A stretch of DNA of 63,636 nucleotides, the filler included, from Hyphochytrium catenoides (taxonomy: Eukaryota; Protista; Hyphochytriomycota): the NCBI GenBank assembly GCA_900088475.1. It is 8 parts of 8 records of this genome, joined end to end, with 100 filler letters (N's around TTAATTAATTAA, not from the genome) between each part and the next. Parts side by side here need not be neighbours in the genome. Positions count along the whole stretch, not along the records: positions 10,750 to 29,301 come from FLMG01003801.1; positions 29,402 to 39,559 come from FLMG01001770.1; positions 39,660 to 51,855 come from FLMG01004758.1; 5 more parts are not named here. One strand, written 5' to 3'. How positions within the stretch are numbered: position 1 is the stretch's first letter; each line of letters opens with the position of its first letter. Below, one piece after another: positions 25,340-40,423 of this stretch. Below the pieces are notes generated by a model, which had not been told where the DNA came from, did no database searches, and worked only from the letters and a program-made list of their open reading frames with translations. Position numbers and translations under genes: made by a program.

Positions 25340-25788
25340 CAGAGAGAGAAGAGCACAGAGATAGAACGAGAAGTGGCTCCGTACGGAGACAAAGAGCTCC
25401 AGACCTGAGAAAGGCTAGAAAAGAGGAGGAGAGAACCACGGAGAGAGAAGAAGGATATCAATAGCGTAGACAGCGGATGCAAGCGGCGAGAACCTTATAC
25501 AAGGGAGAGAGACAGCAAAAGGACAAGGCTCCATCACAGGAGAGATGCGGATGGGCCACTTCCCACTATCGAAGCTTGCTCCACACTTTTTCATTACGCT
25601 ACCCTTACCTTGCACATAGGGCACTTGCTGTCCTTGAACAGAAGCTTACTTCTCAGCGCACAATAGGCGCAAGCGACGCGATGGCTACACTTTCCAACAG
25701 CGAAGATGCGAACCTCTGAGCAGCAGATAAGGCAGTCAATGCCCTGTCCAAAGGAGCTTGATCTTCGGGCTCTGGATGGCTGCTTCAT
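20868..25788 (-). CDS. ZNF598: E3 ubiquitin ligase ZNF598/Hel2 (RING + C2H2 fingers; ribosome quality control)
   Basis: RING: CLICC...GKCSH..ACAYCALR...CPMCK. Further motifs LKDHVKKVH, CDVC...RKVF, CRFC...HMHKEHFSCHLC, YFRNY...HF...HFPC...C...FIVF..EMDLKAH...H. C-terminal RRRNKELI...FQEFKTLSQQFREG...LLPDPEKRQ segment. Confidence 0.88.
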
Positions 25789-26194
25789 CTTGTAAGGCTT
25801 GATCAGGTACTAGGCGCGAATGCCTGCGCGTTAACTCAGTCGCTCTTGCACCGAAATTCGACTTCGCCAGGCAGACATGCGCTCCTCCTATTCTTAGCTC
25901 AATGACGTCTCAATTGATGCTTTCTACTGTCTGAATGGTTCATTCCTGCTGTCCTGTCTATCGCCTAGGGCCCATGCTATCGAAGCTCTGTCAGATCTCT
26001 GTCTGAAGATTTGTGAGGCTCTGAAAACGAATCTCGTTTTCCAGATTCGCAGCTGTTCGGAGGCCATCAAGCCATCAACACTGTACCCTCACATCTCTGA
26101 TAACTATTGAAGTAACTACATAATTGATAATCTATATGGGATAAGGTAGGAGCCCACCCATCCTATGGTTCGGAANNNNNNNNNNNNNNNNNNN

Positions 26195-26238
<44 letters not shown>

Positions 26239-26879
26239 GAGAGACAGAGAAAGAGAAGAGAGAGAGAAAGGGAGAGAGAGAAGAGAGGAAGAGCAGAGGA
26301 CATCAGAGAGAGAAAGGAGAACAGTCCAAAACCGCTTCTTACCCGAAGATCTCTTGGAACAGCCGTGATGGTGCGTGGTGGCGTGGTGGCTGGTGGCTCT
26401 CCTCTCTTCTTCTTCGTCCTTCGTCCGCTTCATCTTTCTCTTTATTTTCTGTTGCATCTCTACAGTAGAAGAAGGGGAGAAGGCATGATCTCTGTGTCTC
26501 CCTGCTACGAGGATAGAATTTCCCTCTGTCTGCCATCAGTTTGACACCCTTTTGTGCTTTGTTCTTCTTCTGAAGTTCCCCTCCTCTCGCAAGCATCTTC
26601 TTTCTTTCTCTCACACACGGGTTACGCCATTTGTTTCTCGCTCTTCCCTCCTCTCTTTCTCCGTCTCCTCCTCTTTCCGTTGCCTGTTGCCTGTTTCCTC
26701 CCTTGCTTGCCTGTTTTGCCCTTGTTTCTTCCCTCTTCTCTCTTTGTCTTTGACGCTTCATTTCTTCGTTACTTATCATTGGCACCGGACCTTGATGGTC
26801 AGCTGCAGGCTTGTGAGATTCTCTTTGCCAGATCTCTCGTTCCTGACGAAGGATCCAGGATGTAGAACTCGGCGCTCTA

Positions 26880-26912
<33 letters not shown>

Positions 26913-27088
26913 AAGAGAGAAAAGAGGGAAGATATCGAGAAAAAAGAGAAGGCAGTCCTCTCCCTCAAGCTTCATAATAGAAAACGCCATCCACTTGGCA
27001 AACTTCTCGCTTTGATTTGAATCATCTATCTCCTCCGCATTCTGTCTCTCTGTTTTCTCTTCTCATCTGCACAAGATCCTCTTCTACC

Positions 27089-29003
27089 ATGGCCAGTCCT
27101 GCTATCTCTTCCACTCTGTCTCCCACGTTCTCTTCACCGTTTTCCCCCAATCTGCATCTCTCGCTGCAGAAACTCCATATAAATGACGAGGAAACGCTCA
27201 CTCGATTTCGTCAGGCCGTAGAGGCCGAGATCCCGTCTATAAAGGCGCAGCAGCGGGCGGCCAACTATCTCTCAGCAGCAATGCTTTATCTTAAGGACAA
27301 CGCGCTGCTGGAGGCGCCGCTGGCAGCGGAGCAGATCAAACCTCGGCTGCTGGCGCACTGGGGAGCCTGTCCCGCCATCAACATGACATACGCGCATGTC
27401 AACAGGTAGATAGACATGGAGAGGAGAGACTGCTGATGTCATCCTCTCTTTGCTCCCTTGGTCTCCAAATCTCTGCATTATTTCTTCTGTCTCTCCTTTC
27501 TCTCTCCCCTCTCGCTTCTTCTCCTGTGAGGAGCGCTTCTGTTTCTCTCTCGCCACCCGACCCTTCCCATTTTTGCGGTTGTTCTTGCGTCAGCCTCATC
27601 TTCGAGCTAGCTCTCTTCTTTTTCTTTCTCTAGCTCTCTCTCTTTTTGTTTTTGATGTCTAAGACTACCTCTCCGACCATATAGCCTGCCTTCAATGGTA
27701 AAGCCTTTCAAACAATGTGAGCTAACCTTTGTCTCTCTGTGTTTTTTTCATGTCCTCTCTCTCTCGTTGTCATCTCTTCCTCTCTCCTAGGCTGATCCGC
27801 AGCTACCAGGACAGGACCTTCATCTACGTCACGGGCCCAGGACATGGCGCTCCCGCTGTTATCGCTAACTTATATTTAGAAGGCTCTCTCGGGCACTTCT
27901 ATCCAGAGTACGATCTCTCTCTTTCTGGCCTCCAGCGCTTAGTTTATAGATTTTGCATGCCAAAGGGCTTTCCGAGCCATGTAAATTCAGAGTATCCAGG
28001 ACAGATTCACGAGGGAGGAGAGCTGGGTTACGCTCTCTCTGTCGCCTTCGGCAGTGTGTTGGACAGGCCTAACACCATCTCTGTCTGTCTGGTTGGGGAC
28101 GGAGAGGGAGAGACAGGGCCCACAGCCACGGCCTGGCACTCTTACAAGTTCCTAGACCCGAGAGAGAGTGGCGCTGTTCTTCCCATTTTGAACGTCAATG
28201 GCTATAAAATAGCGGGACGGACGATCTTTGGCTGCATGCACGATGATGAGCTCGTCGCTCTCTTCTCTGGCTATGGATATGAGGTGAGGATTGTCTCTTG
28301 CGGGAGAGAGAGAGAGGGAGAAGAAGGTGATGTTGATCTGGACATGGCGTGCTCCCTTGAGTGGGCCATGGAGAGAATCCTTCAGATCCAGAGAGACGCC
28401 CGTCAAAAGGGAGAGAGAAAGACTCATAGCAAGCCACGCTTCCCCCTTATAATACTTCGGAGTCCTAAGGGCTGGACCTGCCCTGCGAGAAACAAGGAGG
28501 GAGAGACACTGGCAGGGACCATCAGAGCCCATCAGGTCCCGCTGAAGAACGTGGCAAAGGACAAAGAGGAGCTGTCTCTTCTCTCTCAATGGCTGGAAGG
28601 GTACAAAGTAGAGGAAGTGATCAACAAGAAGGATGGAAAGCCGACGTCTCTTGTCTCTCGGAATCTTCCTTCTCCTGAACGGCGGATGGGAACCCAGATA
28701 GAGACATATGCTGCGTACATTCCTCTCTCTCTCCCATCTCTCTCTCCTCTTGTCTCTCCTCTCTCGACGGATAGCAGAGAGCTCACAAGCGCCATGGAGA
28801 AAGTAGGAGAGTACCTCAAAGAGGTGATCAAGGCAAATCCTCACTCTTTCCGCATCTTCTGTCCAGACGAGATGACTTCAAACAAGCTCCAGTCTGTCTT
28901 TTCCGTCACGAGCCGCTGCTTTCAATGGAATCCTGAGGAAGAGAACAAGGGAGGAAGAGTCGTGGAGGTCTTATCTGAGCATCAATGTCAGGGTTTCATG
29001 CAG
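27089..29003 (+). CDS. xfp: Xylulose-5-phosphate/fructose-6-phosphate phosphoketolase, 5' part (cut by contig end)
   Basis: Exons 27089-27405 and 27791-29003. RAANYLSAAMLYLKDN, KPRLLAHWG, GPGHGAP, PSH, IHEGGELGY, TPP motif VGDGEGETGP, GAVLPILNVNGYKI, PKGWT, AHQVP, FRIFCPDEMTSNKL, EVLSEHQCQG. Confidence 0.96.
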
Positions 29004-29413
29004 GTGAGCTCTCTCTCTCTCTCTCCTCTCTCTCACTCTCAGTCTTGTTCTCTTGGTCGTCAACATTCGGATGCTCTCTTTCCTTAGCCTGTCAGCTTCT
29101 TTCTTGGGCTCTTTCTCTTGGCCCATATACTACGCAAGAGCATGTTTTACGCTGCCCTCTCTGGTCATTGCTCTTCATTTCTGTCTACTCTCTCTCTCAC
29201 TTTCTCTTTCTCGCTCATCTCTTTTCCCTTCTCTCCCTGGGAATATCACCTTTCAGCTGCACTCTCGCTCTCTTTACTACCCGTTGTCACTTTTAGTCTC
29301 TNNNNNNNNNNNNNNNNNNNNNNNNNNNNNNNNNNNNNNNNNNNNTTAATTAATTAANNNNNNNNNNNNNNNNNNNNNNNNNNNNNNNNNNNNNNNNNNN
29401 NAAGGCGTCTCAC

Positions 29414-32379
<2,966 letters not shown>

Positions 32380-33250
32380 TAACTTTCTATCTATCTCTCT
32401 TTTTCTTCTCTCTGTCTCTCTGTCTCTCTGTCTCTTCCTGTTTCTGGCTCACCTCCCCCCTGCTCTCAATTCTCTTCTCTTCCCTTTGCTTCTTTTCTCC
32501 TTTCTCGCTCTTTCTAGACCGCGAGACATTGATCCATGAGCCTGCCAACTCTGGGGAAACGAAAGCCAAATCTTTTGTCCTCTCTCCCCCTCTCTTTGGG
32601 TCTCTCTCTCTCTCTCTCTATTCCTCTCTCTCTTCACTCCTCACTCTTTCGAAGCCGTAGTGCCGCCCCTTGCTCTCGTCAAAGCTGGCTACGAAGCCCC
32701 GGACTGCGCTTGCTCTTCGTAGCTTTTCTAGTCTCTGATGTTACAGGGGCAAACCAACAGATGCAAAGGTTCTCTTCCTCTTTCTTTTCTGTTGTAAGTA
32801 GTGCCTTTGTCTTTCTCTCTTTCTTCTTTCTCTCTCTCTCTCCTCTCTTGCTCTTCTGTCTCTTCCTATCTGTCTCTTTCTCTCTGTCTCTCTCTCCCTT
32901 TCTCTCTCTCTCTCACTCTCTCTCTGCCTCTCTCTGCCTTTCTGTCTCTCTCTCTCTCTCTTCTCTCCCTCTCCAGGATTCTTATTGACAAGAATCATAT
33001 GCTTGTGATAATCACCTCTCGCTTCCTTACCTCTTCTATCCTATCATATGTTGGACAAGCCCATCTGAGATCTATATGTCGGTAATCATATCGGTGTGGG
33101 TCTGATAATCATGAGGTGGAGTTACAATTGTTTCCTTTCACTTTTCTGATCCAAGGGGAGGCAGGTCACTTATCATGAAGGGAGACTAAGAGAGAGAGAG
33201 AGAGAGAGNNNNNNNNNNNNNNNNNNNNNNNNNNNNNNNNNNNNNNNNGA

Positions 33251-33285
<35 letters not shown>

Positions 33286-33737
33286 GAGGAGAGCAAACAA
33301 ATGGAGAGTTGCATAGGGAAAAAAGAGGGAGAGAGCAGCGACCAAGAAAAAGAGGCGTCGAGGACAGGGAGAAGGACTGACTGGAGAAGGAGGACAGCAC
33401 CACGCAGAAGCCCAAACCACGATTGAGGCAAAGCAGGAAGAGCAACAGGAGAAGGAACTCCAAGTGGCGAGCCTTGATAACCTCTGGCCCGACTCCGCTT
33501 CAGGGTTCTCTCTCTCTCCCCCTCTGTCTCTCTCCCTTTGTTTCTCTCTCTCTCTGTCTTCTCTACCTTCCCGGCTGCTCTCGCTCTGCTGGTGAGTCGA
33601 CTGTATTTGTTGGTACTACTACTTCTGAGAGGGAGGAGGAGCCGGGAAGACAAAGACAGAGAGAGAGAGACAAAGACGAAGAGAGAGAGGTTGAAAAGAG
33701 AGAGAGAGGGAGGAGGAGGGGAGGAGGACGTGGAGAG

Positions 33738-34523
33738 ATGTCCTCTCTCTCACGAGAAGAGAGGGTCCTTGCCCTCTGTGAGAGGACGGGAAGCCCAGAG
33801 AGAGTGGGTCCTGGATCTTATGATCCGTCTCTCTCTCTCTCCTCTTCTCTTCCCAAGCCTCGCCGGGCCCCGCCCTTCAATGCCTCCGCGGAGAAACTCT
33901 CTACGTTTTCTCAGTCACAAGTCCCAGGGCCAGGTCAGATGAGTCGTTTGTCTCTCTTCTAATTCTATCTTCTGCCTCTTCTTTCTCCCTTCTCTCTAGC
34001 TTGGCCCCGTTTTTCATTTCTCTCTCTCTGTTTCTTCCCCTCTCTCTCTTTCTCTCTGTTGCGATCTTTCCACTTTGCGGCACTCACCTTCTTCTTTCTT
34101 TCTCATGTCTGAGCTCTCTTCTCTCTCTATATATATATATGATCTCTCTCTCTCTCCTCTCTTTTCTTCTCTCTTTCTCTCTCTTTCTCTCTCTCTCACT
34201 GCCGCCCCTCTTCTTCATCTGCTTTCCCTTCAGGCGCCTATTCTCCTGCAACGAGAAGCTCGTCTTCGCCTTCTCTCTCTCGAGCCCAGCGCGCCGCCTT
34301 CGGGTCGTCGAGGGAGAGAAGCTTCAGTCCACAGCACAATGATGTCCCTGGTCCAGGCTTCTATGAAGGGTGATCTCCACACACACCTCTCTCTCTTTCT
34401 CTCTCTCTCTTCTAGTCTCTCTCTCCCACATCCTCCCCTACACTGTGTCTCTCCTCCATTCCTTTCCTTCCACCCTCCGTTTGCCCATCCCTTTTTTTCT
34501 CTTTTCCGTCTCTTCCTTTTTCT

Positions 34524-34567
<44 letters not shown>

Positions 34568-35045
34568 CTCTCTCTCTCTCTTCCTCTCTCACACTTTTTG
34601 TTTACCTCTCTCTCACTCTCTTTCGGCTCTTCCTAACCTGTACTTCGTCTCCTCGTTAGGGCCGGAGCACGCACGGGTACGGGGAGGAGAGAGAGAGAAA
34701 CAAGACCGCGAGCAAGCACCGCGCTCCTCTTGACCAACCGGAGAAACGTCCCGTCTATTCCTTCCACCGCGCAGTCCTTCGGCTATCTTCATACTCCTGA
34801 TGGAACGATTCTTCCCAGAGAGGCCGTGCACCTTGGTCATAAGGGAGAGAGAGGAGATCTACCCGGACCAGGTCTTTGTTTTTCTCTCTCTTCCTGTCTT
34901 TTTCTCCTTCTCTCTCTCTCTCTCTCTCCCGTATCGTTTTTCACAACTTCTGTTCCTGCCCTCCTTCCTTTCCTCGCGTTTGCGTTCTGTCCTAAGACTC
35001 CAGTCTCTTGAAAACATTCTCCCTTCTCTTCTTTCCCGTATCCTT

Positions 35046-35084
<39 letters not shown>

Positions 35085-35392
35085 CACACTCCCCCATTTT
35101 CTCTCTGATGGCCTGCAGGCAGCTACAATGTTAGACTTACTGACACTGCCACTGCAGCGAAGATTGCAAAGCCGACGGTTCAGATCTACTCTTTCTGTCT
35201 CTCTCTCTGCTTCTTGTTCTGGTCAGATCTCTCTCTCTCACTTTTCACTCTTTTGTCTTCCTCATCTTCAACTCTCTCTGTCTGCCCTCAGTCCTCTGCT
35301 ATTGGCTTCTCTCTCAGCGCTTTGTCATGCTTCCCGTATTGTCACAGTTCTCTCTTCTCTCTCTGCTAATCCTTTCTCTCTCTGTCTCTGTT

Positions 35393-35441
<49 letters not shown>

Positions 35442-38400
35442 CAGTGCAACCACCGCAAGCTGGAGTCAACGACTCCCGGTCCTGGCTCCTACGTCTCTGA
35501 CAGCGAGAGAGCTGCACAGAATAAAGAGTAAGTCTCTCTTCCTCTCTCTTCTGCACTTTCTGTCTTCTGTAGGGATCCCTCTCAGTCTCTCTCTCTCTCG
35601 CTTAGCTGTAGACTCGACTGACTTCTTTTACTTTTTCTTTTCTCTCTCTCTCTCTCTCTCTCTTCTTATATATTAAAAAACCCCTCTCTTCTTCAGCTCC
35701 TTATCTTTCCCTCTCATTTCCTATCTCCTTTTTGTGTCTCTCTCTCTCCCATTTCCTATCCTACTTCCCTGTTCTCTGTCCTAGTTATTCTGCTTCTTTT
35801 CTCCTTTCTCCCTTGCTTCTTTCCTCCTTTGTGTTTCTCTCTTTCTCTTTCCTCTCTCCACTTACGTGGCGCCTGGTCAGGATCAGGACACCATTGAAAG
35901 GAAATCCAATGGAAGCATTTCTCTCCAGAGCTCTCCCTCTTCTTGGGGAAGAGGAGAGCAAAAAAGTGATTGTCCCCGCCCATCTTCTTCAGAGTATGAC
36001 CAAAGAGAGAGAGAAAGGCTCTCTCTCTCTCTCTCCACGTCCTGGTCCCGGCGCCTACTCTCTCCCCTCAACGTTGGACGTGCAAAGAGCCGAGACTCTG
36101 AAGGCTCCATTTGGGTCCACAGAGAAGAGATTTGGGACTGAAGAGTAAGCTAACTCGTCTTCCTCACTCTCCTCTCTCTCTGTCTGTCTCTCTCTCTCTC
36201 TCTTTCTCTTTCTCTCTCTCTTTTTCTCTCGCTCTCTTTCTCTTTCTCTCGCTCTCTTTCTCTCTCTCTCTTTCACTCGCTCTCTTTCTCTTTCTCTCGC
36301 TCTCTTTCTCTCTCTCTCTCTCTCTGTGCCTCTCTTTCTCTCTCTCTGTGTCTCTCTTTCTCTCTCTCTGTGCCTCTCTTTCTCTCTCTCTGTGCCTCTT
36401 TCTTCTCTCTCTGTGCCTCTCTCTCTCTCTCTGCCTCTTCTTTTCTCTCTCTGTGCCTCTTTCTCTCTCTCTCTTTGCCTCTCTTTCTCTCTCTCTCTCT
36501 CTGTGCCTCTCTTTCTCTCTCTCTCTCTCTGTGCCTCTTTCTCTCTCTGTGTGTATCATTTCTTCTCCCTTTTCAAGGGTCAATATCCTTCTTGGATTTT
36601 GCCGCCTCTCGCTTTCTGTCAAGTCTCTTACCTCTTCTATAGCTTCTCTTTATCTTTGCCTTCTTTTTCTCACTTCTTGTCCTTTGGTTCTCTTTCTTTC
36701 TCTGTCTCTCTCTGCCCTTTCTCTCTTCCTTCTGACTCGACGTTCTCGCTATGTGGCACTCTCTTTTCCTGAGCTTACTCTTTCTAGTGCGATCCTGTAC
36801 CTTCCTATGGACTACTAACATTGAATATTTGACTCTCTTCCTCTTCTCTCTCTTCTCCCGTCCTTTCTCTCTGTCTCTCTCTGTCTCCGCTTCTGTCCCT
36901 CTCTTTCCCTGGCCTTCGCTTTCTCTTGATGTCGCTCTCTCTCTCTCTTTTTGCTCTCTTACCTTACTGCTCTCTTCCAAAATCTTAAGGGCATCGAGCG
37001 CTGCACAGTCAGTAGAAGAGATATCCGTAGTTCCTCTCTCTCCTTTCTCTCCGCCAACTCAGTCTGTAAAGAAAGAGAGAAGGGCAAAGCAGCAAGGGAG
37101 AGACACACGCGCACCTTTCTCCACTTCGGCGGAGCGCCACTGTTTCCCAGCAAAGAAAGAAGTCTCTCCTGCCCCTGGAGACTACGTCATACAAGGCTCC
37201 TTCTCTTCTTCTCCCGGAAAAGTATGCTCCAGCTGTTCTTATTCCGCTCTCTCTGTCTCTTCATGTCTCTCGCTAATGAGCCTCTACCTGTCTGTCTCCT
37301 CATGCTCTCATGCTCTCCCTCTTTCACTTTCTCTCTCTCTTTCTCTTCTCTTCTTTTCTCCTCTCTTTCTCTCTCTCTCTCTCCCTCTCCATCTATCTCC
37401 CTCCCTTTTCTCTCTTGTGTCTCTCTTTCTTGTTAACGTGTCTTGCTTCTCCCTCTTGCTCTTTCCACAGTTCTCTCTTCGTCATCCATCCTTTACTTTC
37501 TCTCTCATTTCTAACTCCCGGTTGGTCCATTTATGTCTGTCTCTCTTTGTCAAGAGCGGTCCCGATCTAGTCCTCTTCTTGACTTTCTCATTTGCTGATG
37601 CTCTCTCTTTCTCTTGTTCTCTCTCTCTCTCTCTCCCTCTCCATGTAGACTGATCTCTCTCTTTCTCTCTTTCTTGTCAGGGTCCCAAAGGAGGAACCTT
37701 TGGCCACGGTAGCGTTCGCTTCTCCGAGAAGAGAGAAGAAGAGAGCTCTTCCTCCTTTCCTGGACCCGGAGCATACGAGACAGAGTCTCTCCCTCCGTCC
37801 CAGCAATCCGCCACCACATCTCTTCTCTCTCTCTCTCGCCCGCCCACAAAGACTCACGGACTTTCCTCTCTCCAATCAAAGAGAGCCCGCTTCCAAGAAG
37901 AAAGGTCGAAAGAGAAAGAACTCTGTCCCTCTCCAGGATCTTATGAGCTTCTCTCTCTCTGGGAAGAGGGACGGAAGAAGAAGAAGGGCGCAGTGTTTAT
38001 GAAAACCAAGAGAGAAGACGTGACCGACAAGGAGAAAATCTCAGTGCCCGTAAGATAGATAAACTCTTTCTCTTCTCTCCGAGAGGCTATTCCTCTCTGA
38101 GTCTCTCCCTCTCTCTCCCTGTTTTGTCTCTTTCTCTTTATCCTTCTGCTTCTCTGTCTTCCCTAGTATAGCCTCAATCAGCTCTTCTCTTCATATCTCT
38201 CTCTCTCTTTTCCTGCTTCTTCTCTTTCTCCATGGTCTCTCTTTTGTCTCTCTGTCTGCGTCTCTCGCTCACTCTCTCTACCTTTTCTGTCTCTCGCTTT
38301 AGGGTCCGGGCAGTTATAACGTCGAGGTAGCCGAAGAAAAGATGCAAAAGAAGATGGCTCTCAGTTTCTCTTCTCCCTCGAGAGAGAAGACAACTCTTTC

Positions 38401-38850
38401 TCGACCGGCATTTGAAGTGCCAGTAAGTTTCTGAAGACCTTGAAATCACTTGTCATTTCTCTCTCTTTCTTTCCTCGGTCTTCCTCTAGTCCTTCACATT
38501 ATGTTTCTTCTTATCTCTCTCTCTCCATCTCTCTTCTGTGGTTATGATTCTTTCTTTCTCTCTCTCTCTCTCTCTCCCCATTTGTACTGGTGCCCTGATA
38601 TACCAGATTCTTTCTGTTTCTTTTCTCTCTCTCTCTGTCTTTCACTCTCTCTCTCTCCACCTATCTTCTTGCCATTTCCCCTTTGTCTCTCCTCTGTCTC
38701 ATACAGCAATCTCTCCTCTCCTTGATCACGATTGAGTCTCATCCTCTCTCCCTCGTCGCTCAGGGTCCGGGCAGCTACGATGCGATAGATCCTTACAAGA
38801 CGCTCGTGCACAAGACCTTTAACATGTCAATCGTAGAACAAGACTTTTGA
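33738..38850 (+). CDS. SHIPPO / sperm-tail PG-rich repeat protein (STPG/ODF3-like, axoneme-associated)
   Basis: About 11 PGPG(S/A/F)Y-type repeats over many exons, with APFGST..RF and AFGSSRER elements, VPSIP...SFGY, and C-terminal HKTFNMSI. Confidence 0.85.
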
Positions 38851-39661
38851 CAAACGCTGTCTCTCTTTCTCTCTCTTCCCCTTCCAAAATCTTTGCTCCT
38901 CAAGTAGAACTCTCTCTCTCTCTCTTCCATTGTCCTCTCTTAAGAAGAAGCGCTCTGGCTACTTTTGATCCTTCCCTGACCTCTCATCGTCTCTTCTCGG
39001 TCGCTATTCCCCTGCGAAATCTTTCGGTTCTTCGCCTGTCCAACCACCTCTTCGTACTTCTCTCTTTCTCTCTCGCGCCTTGCTACCTTTGCGACACCCT
39101 CTCTGCAGCTTTTTCTGGGTTTTCTCTTTCTTACTGGAGAGAGAGAGAGAAAAGGGAGAGAGAGAGAGAAAGAAGGGAGAGAGTCAGAGAAGGAGAGAGA
39201 GAGAGAGACAGAGGATCCAGTGTGCGATGGGCCAACCCATATGTACTGAAGACACGTCCTTAGCCCTTTCACTATCCCCCGGCAGACTCTCTCCCATTTG
39301 GGGCTCCGAGGGCGGGGAGAAATTATGAAAAACATAGACGGGCAGTAGTCTTTTCCTTTTTCTAGCCTTAGACTATGCCCCGGAGCGTGTACTTTCTCTC
39401 TGTTGTTTCATTCCCTTTCTCTCACTGCCTCTCTTTTCTCTCTGCCTCCTCCTCTTTTTTCCACAGCTGTCTCTCTCTCTCTCTTTTTCTTTTTTGCATA
39501 GCTCTCTCTCTCTCAGGTTGGTCCAAGACCGTGTATGCTTCTCCCTTTTGCTGTTACTANNNNNNNNNNNNNNNNNNNNNNNNNNNNNNNNNNNNNNNNN
39601 NNNTTAATTAATTAANNNNNNNNNNNNNNNNNNNNNNNNNNNNNNNNNNNNNNNNNNNNCG

Positions 39662-39693
<32 letters not shown>

Positions 39694-40359
39694 TTGTGTG
39701 AAGAGAGATGAGTGAGAGAGAGAGAGCGTTCGTGTGAGAGCGAGGGAGAGCAAGAGAGAGGAGAGAGAGGAAGAGAGGGAGAGAGAGAGAGAAAGAAAGA
39801 GAGAATGTATGAGGAACAGAATACGCAGAGGTACAGCGAGAGAGAAATGAATTGAAAGACACAGAGGGAGAGAGAAAAGGATAAGAAGAGACACAAAAAG
39901 AGAGAAAGAGAGGAGAGAGACCAAAACAGACCAAGAGACGCGAGAGAGAGAGAGGAGAAAGAGGAGAGAGAGAAGGAGTCATGGCAAGGACATCCTCTTG
40001 TGATGACCTACGTACCTTCCCCTGGAGGAAGAAGGCGCAGAAAGAATCCGGTCGAGAGCTGTTACATTCCTTCCGCGCACTGGACACAAAGAGGCACAAG
40101 ACAGGCAGAGGAAGAGAGAAGCAAGAGAGAGAGAGAAGCCTTCTAGACAAAGATCAGAGAGACCGAAGGGATCCGTGGGGGAGAGGGAAAAGGATAGAGA
40201 GAGAGAGAAAGAATGAAAGACGGAGAAGAGAGCAGGTTTATGGCACAATTGAGGAACAGACGGCGGCGTGGGCCGCGTTAGATTACCGTCAAGAGCGCGA
40301 TAACAGTAGCTTTTGCTGAGTACGCGACGCCTCCTCTCTCTCTTTGTTCTCTTCCTTTT

Positions 40360-40423
<64 letters not shown>

